Below, piece after piece: positions 9,047 through 16,018 of a stretch of 37,142 nt of DNA. This DNA comes from Candidatus Kaiserbacteria bacterium (lineage in GTDB: Bacteria; Patescibacteriota; Minisyncoccia; Phycocordibacterales; Phycocordibacteraceae), in contig DRJB01000015.1 in NCBI GenBank assembly GCA_011052355.1, positions 1-37,142 on the forward strand, read 5' to 3'. The first letter of the stretch is position 1. Each line of letters opens with the position of its first letter. The notes under the pieces were generated by a model. The model was not told where the DNA came from. It saw only the letters and a program-made list of their open reading frames with translations, and searched no databases. Both the position numbers and the translations under genes were made by a program.

Positions 9047-10254
9047 CGCCACAGATGACCACACGCCAAGAAGCTCGTGAAAAAAGCGTCGCTCTTTTGC
9101 ATGAGCTGATAACCGACGTAGGTTTTCTGGCGGCAAAAGAAGACGTGGAAAATTATGAACGTATATGGTCGCGCGATGGCGTGGTGGCGGGTATCGCATC
9201 ACTGCTTATCGGCGATGAGAAACTTATCGCCACATTCAAAAAGACACTTGATTTGCTTGGTGCTCATCAAGATGAAACCGGAAGAATTCCAAGTAATGTT
9301 ACTCCGCGCAAAGGACATGTCAGTTACGGCACAACGGTGGGAAGAGTTGATGCAACGATATGGTATGTCATAGGAATTATGGCGTTCGCAAAACTCACAA
9401 ATGACACCTCATTCTTTGAAGAACGAAAACAATCTGTTGACAGCGCATTATTTTATTTGCGATGTCTGGAATTAAACGGTCGTGGACTGCTCTACATCCC
9501 GCAAGGTGGCGATTGGGCGGACGAATATATCAACCACGGGTACATTCTGTTTGACGAGGTATTATATTATTATGCACTTTCCGCATACGCACAACACACC
9601 GACGACCAAAAAACAATCACTCAGAAAAATAAGCTACGCAAACTTATTGCCATAAATTATTTTCCTGATGAGAAACACTGTGACAATCCGCTCGTATATG
9701 ACAAAGCATTGTATAGATATGCCGTAACACAACGCTCCACTCCCCTTCCGGCATCATATTTTACCAACCACAGCATCCGCTTCAATACCGATACATTTGC
9801 CATTGCTCTTTTACTTTCATGCGATATCTTGGAACAACAACAACGCGATGACATACGTGAATATGTGCGAGCGAATATAAAGCACAACTCATTTCCCATA
9901 TTTCCCGCATTTCATCCCGTCATCACACCAAAAGATATTGAATGGGCGCATCTTAATTTGAATTTCCTATATGAATTCCGTAACAAACCGAACCAATATC
10001 ATAATGGCGGATTGTGGCCACTGGTTCACGGATTTTTCATTTCATCATTTTCAAAAAAAGATGGCTTGGGTGCGCTTGACGATTTTGCAAATGTACTCGC
10101 ACGCGATAAATATATTTTCCCCGAATATTATCACGGCACCACATTCAAAGCTATGGGAACGACTCAACTTGGTTTTTCCGCGGCAAGTTATCTTATTGCG
10201 TACGAATCCATTGTGAATGGAAAAGATATTTATTCCATCATCTCCGGTGTATGA
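9043..10254 (+). CDS. (alpha/alpha)6 six-hairpin glycoside hydrolase, GDE_C / neutral-invertase-like
   Basis: IWSRDGV, GRIPSNV, GGDWADEY...ILFDEVLYYYAL and HNGGLWPLVHGFF resemble the amylo-alpha-1,6-glucosidase/invertase superfamily. The exact specificity is not callable. Confidence 0.6.
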   Translation: MTPQMTTRQEAREKSVALLHELITDVGFLAAKEDVENYERIWSRDGVVAGIASLLIGDEKLIATFKKTLDLLGAHQDETGRIPSNVTPRKGHVSYGTTVGRVDATIWYVIGIMAFAKLTNDTSFFEERKQSVDSALFYLRCLELNGRGLLYIPQGGDWADEYINHGYILFDEVLYYYALSAYAQHTDDQKTITQKNKLRKLIAINYFPDEKHCDNPLVYDKALYRYAVTQRSTPLPASYFTNHSIRFNTDTFAIALLLSCDILEQQQRDDIREYVRANIKHNSFPIFPAFHPVITPKDIEWAHLNLNFLYEFRNKPNQYHNGGLWPLVHGFFISSFSKKDGLGALDDFANVLARDKYIFPEYYHGTTFKAMGTTQLGFSAASYLIAYESIVNGKDIYSIISGV

Positions 10255-11066
10255 TTTTTCTTGTTACAGACCTAGACAGAACACTCTTGCCAAACGGTCC
10301 ATACGCCGATGACAAAAGTATTCCGGAATTATTTAAAAAATTGGAAACGGTTCCCCACATTCTTTGCTATGCAACTGGAAGAAATCTTCCAATGGCGCAA
10401 GAGGCGGTGCGCATGTGGCACATTCCCCTGCCGGATTTTCTTGTTGCGGAGGTTGGCACCTCCTTATACAGAAAATCCGGCAACGATCTTGTCACCGACA
10501 CCCGATGGCGCGAATATATTCTCTCTACGCAAAAAAACTGGAGTGGTGAACACATACGCTCCTCTCTTGGTACCTACGATGCACTCACGCTCCAAGAAGA
10601 AGAAAAACAAAATGAATTTAAGATAAGTTATTATCTCTCCGACCATACTAAAAAAGATGCAACGCTGGAGATAATACACCACACACTTGCACAAGAAAGC
10701 ATCACCGCACAAGTGTTGTGGAGTATTGACCCGCTTGCTGACAATGTCGGGCTTATTGACATTATTCCCGCAACGGCAACAAAAGCCGGTGCTGTGGAGT
10801 TTTTACGTACAAAAGAAGGGTTTGAAAAAGAACAAACATTCTATTGCGGTGATAGTGGAAATGATATACTTCCGCTCTCACGTTGTTACAAATCAATTGT
10901 AGTCAAAAATGCCCCAGAAGAAGTAAAAGAAGAAGTTTCTAAACGAGTTTCCGATGCCAAGTGTACCGATAATTTATATATTGCAACCGGAACACCTACC
11001 AAAAACGGAAACTACGCGTCCGGCATCATTGAAGGACTTGTTCATTTCGGAATTATAACGCTATAG
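10251..11066 (+). CDS. HAD-IIB phosphatase, sucrose-6F-phosphate-phosphohydrolase-like (S6PP family)
   Basis: LVTDLDRTLL (DxD), YATGRNL, PDFLVAEVGTSLY, GDSGNDILPL and IVVKNA. Confidence 0.7.
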   Translation: MIFLVTDLDRTLLPNGPYADDKSIPELFKKLETVPHILCYATGRNLPMAQEAVRMWHIPLPDFLVAEVGTSLYRKSGNDLVTDTRWREYILSTQKNWSGEHIRSSLGTYDALTLQEEEKQNEFKISYYLSDHTKKDATLEIIHHTLAQESITAQVLWSIDPLADNVGLIDIIPATATKAGAVEFLRTKEGFEKEQTFYCGDSGNDILPLSRCYKSIVVKNAPEEVKEEVSKRVSDAKCTDNLYIATGTPTKNGNYASGIIEGLVHFGIITL

Positions 11067-11088
11067 AGATGTCGCCCAGGGGTACCTT

Positions 11089-11598
11089 TCACCACGTACC
11101 AAGAAACTTCGGATAGTGTTTTCGTATAAAACCATCAATGCTGGCAAATCGCCAGCTTCTTCCAAGCCATAGCGCGACAAACACCAAGACATAAATAATT
11201 GCAGTACCGATATCGGTAGAACCTGATACATAAGGACCGCCAAGACCCTCCGCGGTTGTCCATATGACAAGTGCAAGCACAATACCACCGGAAATGGCGA
11301 CTTTTGTGAAAAAACCAAAGATAAGACCGACTGCAATGGCGGTTTCAGCGAGCGCTACGATAATAGCATAGAAATGTGGATCAACAGAAACAGTATGAAT
11401 CCAGAAATTAATCCATGCTTGAACTGCCACCGGCTGACCCTGTGCACCATTAACAAGATAACTGGTAAAATTATTTATAAATGCCGGTCTCCACTTAAAC
11501 GAAGCATCAGCAAGCCACACCAACCCAAACACCACGCGTAACACCGCAAATGATTTATCCTCATGTGATTTCATATAAGTAAGTATATCTCCCAACAC
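11089..11598 (-). CDS. DoxX-like integral membrane protein
   Basis: About 4 TM segments. The N-terminal LRVVFGLVWLADASFKW resembles DoxX-family helix 1. Confidence 0.45.
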   Translation of the reverse strand: MLGDILTYMKSHEDKSFAVLRVVFGLVWLADASFKWRPAFINNFTSYLVNGAQGQPVAVQAWINFWIHTVSVDPHFYAIIVALAETAIAVGLIFGFFTKVAISGGIVLALVIWTTAEGLGGPYVSGSTDIGTAIIYVLVFVALWLGRSWRFASIDGFIRKHYPKFLGTW

Positions 11599-11660
11599 AA
11601 ATATCAGTCAACATATCATCGCAACACCATCTGTGGATAGCGTGTTATGCTGTTATCATA

Positions 11661-12188
11661 ATGAGAACCTTTGCGACGCACCTCAATATAATTATTTCCG
11701 CCATGTGGACTGTGCTTTCCAAATGGACATACCAGGTTGCATTTGTCATATTGGCTGTACTTTTTGTGGCATTGTATATTTCAATTCCGGTAATGCTCAT
11801 ACCGGGGAATACATTCACCTTTCAATTGAGTTTATACACGCCCGCGGATTACGCCATATTTATTTCCATTTCAATACTCACCTCATTACTTGTACTTATG
11901 CAGGTTTTTTCTTTTCTTCACTCGCGCACATACAGCGCGCGCGTCATTGGGCGTGGCAGTGTCGGAGTGTTTTCCGGAATATTTTCAGGAATGTTTGCGA
12001 GTGTAACATGTGTTCCGTGCGCCATTGGATTTCTTGGGATTTTCGGGGGGGTGGAAAGTACGCTTATCATCAGTAAATATCAATACTACTTTATCGCCGT
12101 GGCAAGTATATTTGTGCTATGGGGAATGTATCACGCATCTCGCCGAGTGATGGGATACTGCAAAGAGTGCGATATACAGAACCAATAA
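11661..12188 (+). CDS. polytopic membrane protein with an intramembrane CxxC (TCVPCAIG) and a C-terminal CxxC (YCKECD)
   Basis: ORF track. Hydrophobic segments and two Cys pairs. The overlapping ORF 11633-12076 in another frame is rejected. Confidence 0.5.
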   Translation: MRTFATHLNIIISAMWTVLSKWTYQVAFVILAVLFVALYISIPVMLIPGNTFTFQLSLYTPADYAIFISISILTSLLVLMQVFSFLHSRTYSARVIGRGSVGVFSGIFSGMFASVTCVPCAIGFLGIFGGVESTLIISKYQYYFIAVASIFVLWGMYHASRRVMGYCKECDIQNQ

Positions 12189-12254
12189 CCATCACGATGC
12201 TCACTGTACTATTTATATAGTGTGCATAAGTATTACCTATGTAAAGAATATGAT

Positions 12255-12263
12255 TGCTATAAT
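12255..12263 (+). promoter_or_regulatory. extended -10 element TGCTATAAT, 6 nt upstream of ATG 12270 (candidate leaderless start)
   Basis: Read directly. No -35 element was evaluated. Confidence 0.3.
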
Positions 12264-12269
12264 AAAAAT

Positions 12270-13784
12270 ATGCAAGATGAAGAAAAGAACTTAAAAGAGT
12301 ACAGTCCAAAAACTAACGCATTTAAGACACTGATAGATAAAATATATATTCACCGGATGCCGTCATACGGCAATAAGATATTCTTTTCGCTTGGATTTCT
12401 TGCACTTACTTGTTTAACGGTACTTGTGGCAACCGGTATTGTGTTGGCGTTTATGGGCCAAACATGGTGGCTCACAAATCCATGGGGCATATACTTCCGC
12501 AGTGTACACTTGTGGACCGTACAAGCATTTTTTGTAATACTTATATTGCATATTATTGTGGGTTTCTCTACCAGTGGGTTCCGTCCACCACGCAGAATGG
12601 TGTGGGTTTTTGGAGCCATTATATTTGCACTGGTACTTATTCAAACAGAGTTTGGCTACGGTTTGCGTGGTGATTTCTCTTCCCAATATCGCGCGGTCGC
12701 CGGTGCAGATTTTTGGAATGGTGCTCATTTAGGTTATTGGCTTAATCCTCTCAATTACTCGCAGGCATTTGCCATACATGTCGTCATTATTCCTCTTGCC
12801 ATATTATTTTTATTCGTTCTTCACTACATTCTCGTACATACCTATGGTATTTCAAAACCACTTCGCAAAGACATACCCTACAAAGAGGTACCGGCAAATC
12901 ACAATATACTATTCATTCGTGGCGGGGTACTCGTTGTGGCGATTTTGGTGTTGGCGCTCTTCTTTCACTCGCCATATGTTCCGGCAGTACGCATAGCCAA
13001 CATAGCAAATCAAAACCCAACGCTCGTGGCAACAACGATGTTGCAAGAGTTTAATCACACTTCAGGTACGGCAACGTATTTTGACTCCATTGATCCTTAC
13101 ACATTTAATACACGAAGTGTCTTTGTGGTTACCCCTTATAAGCAGTTCTTGATACATAATCAAAACAACAACGCCTGGACAACATTTGTCAATGCATCAC
13201 CAGCTCAACAAAAAGCATATATACAACAAGCAAAATCGTATGTCACCGCTACAAGTACCAACAATGTAGGAACTAGCACGAACGCTGTTGCAAGCACCAC
13301 AAACCCTGTCATCTCCATGATACACACACTAATGCCCATAGCGAAAAGCGGATTGTATCAATCATTATTGAACCAAGAAAATCAAAACTCTAACTACACA
13401 TACACCTTACGCTTCCTGCTTGATATGAATGTATTGCATGACAAAGCAGCATCGCTTCATATGGATACTGCTGAGTACGGTATGGCAAAAGATGAAAATG
13501 AGGCTCATGGTATATGGGTGCTTCCTCCCGGTTCATGGTGGCTCTTACCACTTGGGTGGTCTAACAGCGCTTTTAATCTATTAGAAAATCCCTATGGCGA
13601 CCAAATCGCAGGTGAGATACTTGGAGCGCTCTTGCTCATATTCATTCTCTTCCCCTATATTCCCTATCTAAATCGTCTTCCGGAATTATTGCCTCTTGCA
13701 CCGATTATTCAAAAAGAACCAAAAGAGAAAGAAAGAGGAGAGGAAAAGGAGCCTGACAAAAAAGAAAACGAAGAGATACATTAG
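12270..13784 (+). CDS. di-haem cytochrome b (b6-type N-terminal domain)-like membrane protein with a long unique C-terminal extension
   Basis: VATGIVLAF (helix A). H-x13-H in SVHLWTVQAFFVILILH (helix B). PPRRMVWVFG resembles the PRExxW box. H-x14-H in AIHVVIIPLAILFLFVLH (helix D). The track ORF starts at 12222, and I prefer ATG 12270. Confidence 0.7.
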   Translation: MQDEEKNLKEYSPKTNAFKTLIDKIYIHRMPSYGNKIFFSLGFLALTCLTVLVATGIVLAFMGQTWWLTNPWGIYFRSVHLWTVQAFFVILILHIIVGFSTSGFRPPRRMVWVFGAIIFALVLIQTEFGYGLRGDFSSQYRAVAGADFWNGAHLGYWLNPLNYSQAFAIHVVIIPLAILFLFVLHYILVHTYGISKPLRKDIPYKEVPANHNILFIRGGVLVVAILVLALFFHSPYVPAVRIANIANQNPTLVATTMLQEFNHTSGTATYFDSIDPYTFNTRSVFVVTPYKQFLIHNQNNNAWTTFVNASPAQQKAYIQQAKSYVTATSTNNVGTSTNAVASTTNPVISMIHTLMPIAKSGLYQSLLNQENQNSNYTYTLRFLLDMNVLHDKAASLHMDTAEYGMAKDENEAHGIWVLPPGSWWLLPLGWSNSAFNLLENPYGDQIAGEILGALLLIFILFPYIPYLNRLPELLPLAPIIQKEPKEKERGEEKEPDKKENEEIH

Positions 13785-13821
13785 AGTTTCTTGTCAGATA
13801 TTTTTAGTCATTATATTCAAT

Positions 13822-14415
13822 TTACTCTTTAATATTATTAAGGAGCTCCGGGAATTCTTTAACTTGGAAATGTCCACTATTTTTAAAAATATGTTTTTTT
13901 GCGCTTGGGAGTGCTTCTGCGTATGCCTCAAAATCTCCGAAGTCAACGACAGGGTCGTCCTTTGATTGATACAAATGTATATGCGAAACTTGCTGTTCAA
14001 TCTTCTCTAAAGAATTACCCAATGTAAAGCCCGCCTTTCCGCAACTTCTATCACCAAACGGAGCCGCCAATAAATGTAAGGATTCTATCTTCTTCGGAAA
14101 AATATTTTCAGAGAGATATTTTGTGAGAAAAATACCACCCAAACTATTTCCGATAAGCACAACCCCATCGTGGACATATGGGATATATTTTTCAAACCAA
14201 ATTTTCCATTCATCATATTTTGCATTCCAAGCGCATGGCATTTGTGGAGTAATCAACTGAAAATTATCTCCCAGTTTTTCAGCAAAAGAATGTCCCCACT
14301 TCTTTGGTTGCTCAGTCACCGGGTTTGCCAGCTTTGTTGTGCGCAGGAAATTCATATACTCTTCGTATGTTCCCCAAGCTTCCCCACCATGTATCAAAAT
14401 CACTTGTCTTTTCAT
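13822..14415 (-). CDS. alpha/beta serine hydrolase (YdeN/RBBP9-like)
   Basis: VILIHGG, nucleophile elbow GNSLGG, DDPVV and GHF near the C-terminus. Confidence 0.7.
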   Translation of the reverse strand: MKRQVILIHGGEAWGTYEEYMNFLRTTKLANPVTEQPKKWGHSFAEKLGDNFQLITPQMPCAWNAKYDEWKIWFEKYIPYVHDGVVLIGNSLGGIFLTKYLSENIFPKKIESLHLLAAPFGDRSCGKAGFTLGNSLEKIEQQVSHIHLYQSKDDPVVDFGDFEAYAEALPSAKKHIFKNSGHFQVKEFPELLNNIKE

Positions 14416-14464
14416 ATAGTATTAACTACACTGTACAATAACATATACCTACTTGCCACCATTT

Positions 14465-14690
14465 TTATACCATGATTGTGTTATTGCGAGCAATGATGTA
14501 TCCAAGTAATTCCGGAAACTCCACATACCCCGCTAATTCATTGAGATGCCACCGTCTGGGATGACTGTAGTTTTGACCCCAAGTTTTCGGCAAAATCTTT
14601 TGATTCATCAAGTGGTACGTATGGATTATTGTCTCCATGGAATACCGCAACATTCCCGGCACTGCCTTTGATTTTGTTCCAGTCAAAATT
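14465..14690 (-). pseudogene. 5'-truncated, frameshifted remnant of a second YdeN-like hydrolase (C-terminal ~70 aa only)
   Basis: Own three-frame reading of the minus strand gives FDWNKIKGSAGNVAVFHGDNNPYVPLDESKDFAENLGSKL, then VIPDGG, then HLNELAGYVEFPELL in three different frames. A stop lies immediately upstream of FDW. It is a paralogue of the C-terminus of the 13822-14415 product (DDPVV...GHF..EFPELL). Confidence 0.55.
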
Positions 14691-14925
14691 CTTATGCCCC
14701 ACGTATTATTAATGCTGTTTTCATAATTATTTAAAAAAAATTTACTATGCGGAGAGATTGTAACCTTTGCGCGAACCTTTTTTGAGCGAAGCTCCTAACT
14801 TTCCATGCGCCGAGCGCGTGGTGGCTTGCAACAATATCTTACGCGCGGAGAACATGGTGACTCTAAACTTAATCTTACGCATTTGAGTCAACTGTGACGC
14901 GCCACACGCCTCTGCTATCGCTACG

Positions 14926-15047
14926 GCGAACCCGCCCGACAAAACCATTTCCTTACCTTTCTTTTTTCACCTGTCGGCGGAGGAGTTTGGAGAGGAGGCA
15001 AACAAAAAATTGAAAAGGAAATGGTTTTGTCGGGCGGGTTCGCTCAG
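14926..15047. repeat. MITE-like palindromic element, copy A (29-bp perfect terminal inverted arms 14926-14954 / 15015-15043)
   Basis: gcgaacccgcccgacaaaaccatttcctt ... aaggaaatggttttgtcgggcgggttcgc. A related copy lies at 19297-19416 in the same orientation. Confidence 0.8.
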
Positions 15048-15070
15048 AGTTCATTATAACCTAAGTTGGG

Positions 15071-15096
15071 GTATTCTACAATAGGATATACAATAC
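15071..15096 (+). promoter_or_regulatory. candidate C-box-like operator: GTATTCTA-N10-TACAATAC, ending 5 nt before the C-gene ATG
   Basis: Imperfect inverted repeat read directly. Two TACAAT hexamers overlap it. Confidence 0.3.
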
Positions 15097-15101
15097 TAAA
15101 T

Positions 15102-15329
15102 ATGGATAAGTCAATTCATTCAACAAAATATAAAACTGTACTTCAAAATTTACTTAAAGCTCGCCATGAGTTTGGTTTAATGCAGGTTGAAGTTGCAGAA
15201 AAACTTAAAAAACCTCAATCGTTTGTATCAAAAATTGAGCGTGGTGAGCGGAGGTTAGATGTTATTGAATTGGAAGCTTTTGCAAAATTATATAAAAAAA
15301 GTGTGGATTGGTTTTTAATTAAAAAATAA
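15102..15329 (+). CDS. XRE-family HTH protein, controller (C-protein)-like
   Basis: LLKARHEFGLMQVEVAEKLKKPQSFVSKIERGERRLDVIEL is a classic HTH_3 pattern. 75 aa, stop 2 nt before the next ATG. Start placed at ATG 15102 inside the track ORF. Confidence 0.8.
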   Translation: MDKSIHSTKYKTVLQNLLKARHEFGLMQVEVAEKLKKPQSFVSKIERGERRLDVIELEAFAKLYKKSVDWFLIKK

Positions 15330-15331
15330 TT

Positions 15332-16018
15332 ATGACAAAATTCAAAGAATTTACAAATTTTCTAAAAACAGTACAACTTCAAAAATATCGTAAGGAATAC
15401 AGCACAATAAAAATTGTTGAGATGGATTTACCTAAAAATATTCAGGCGATAGAATTACTCTATACAGTCTATTGGGAGGAGAAAAAATTTGTATCGTTTG
15501 AAGATTTTTATAAAAGATATTTACAAGAAAAAGGATCTACTATCGATGAATTCAGAATTAAAACAACAATGTGTGAGGATTGTTTCCGTCGCGGGCTTAA
15601 AGCAAGAATTTACAGAACTTGGGCGGGTTTAATTACTCAAATACATGCTGGATATGTTGCAGAGTCTGTTTTTGGTGATGGTACAGTGTTAATGTCAGAG
15701 AAACTTGATCATCAAGGAGCAGATATAAGGGTAGAATATAAAAGACACGCACTCAACTATCAGGTTAAAAAAACATCGCATGCGGGTGTTAAAAGTAGTA
15801 AACCTTTAGCGAGAAAAAATGTTATGGACGGAGAGCCTATTGATATTTTATATGAAGTACCAGCATGTTTATCTGATCCAAAAACAAAGAAAGGAGAATT
15901 TAGAGTTCCGTACTTAAGATTTTTAGAAGACACTAGGACAGAAACATTTGAAAATGGATTTGTTGTATTTACCGCAGATACTTTCTTGCCAAAGAAAAAA
16001 GAAATTGATGCAAACTAA
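15332..16018 (+). CDS. putative type II restriction endonuclease (PD-(D/E)xK-like)
   Basis: Position (C gene, then this gene, convergent with a methyltransferase). Candidate catalytic core is GADIRVEYK...NYQVKK (D-x12-QxK). No family recognised by eye. Confidence 0.5.
   Translation: MTKFKEFTNFLKTVQLQKYRKEYSTIKIVEMDLPKNIQAIELLYTVYWEEKKFVSFEDFYKRYLQEKGSTIDEFRIKTTMCEDCFRRGLKARIYRTWAGLITQIHAGYVAESVFGDGTVLMSEKLDHQGADIRVEYKRHALNYQVKKTSHAGVKSSKPLARKNVMDGEPIDILYEVPACLSDPKTKKGEFRVPYLRFLEDTRTETFENGFVVFTADTFLPKKKEIDAN

Noticed and set aside
11633-12076. 147-aa Cys-rich ORF overlapping the 11661-12188 membrane protein in another frame
   Set aside because: It is an alternative frame of a clearly hydrophobic, better-supported ORF, and its Cys/His richness looks like a frame artefact.
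14745-14948. 67-aa minus-strand ORF from the track
   Set aside because: It starts inside the repeat arm, has no recognisable motifs, and lies in GC-rich non-coding-looking sequence. It is probably a composition artefact.
14926-15047. The long hairpin of about 120 nt could be a small SRP (4.5S) RNA
   Set aside because: The apical region lacks the conserved GGAA/GNRA tetraloop with flanking AGG / AGCA symmetric-loop motif. A second diverged copy exists 4.3 kb away. This fits a repeat element better than a single-copy essential RNA.
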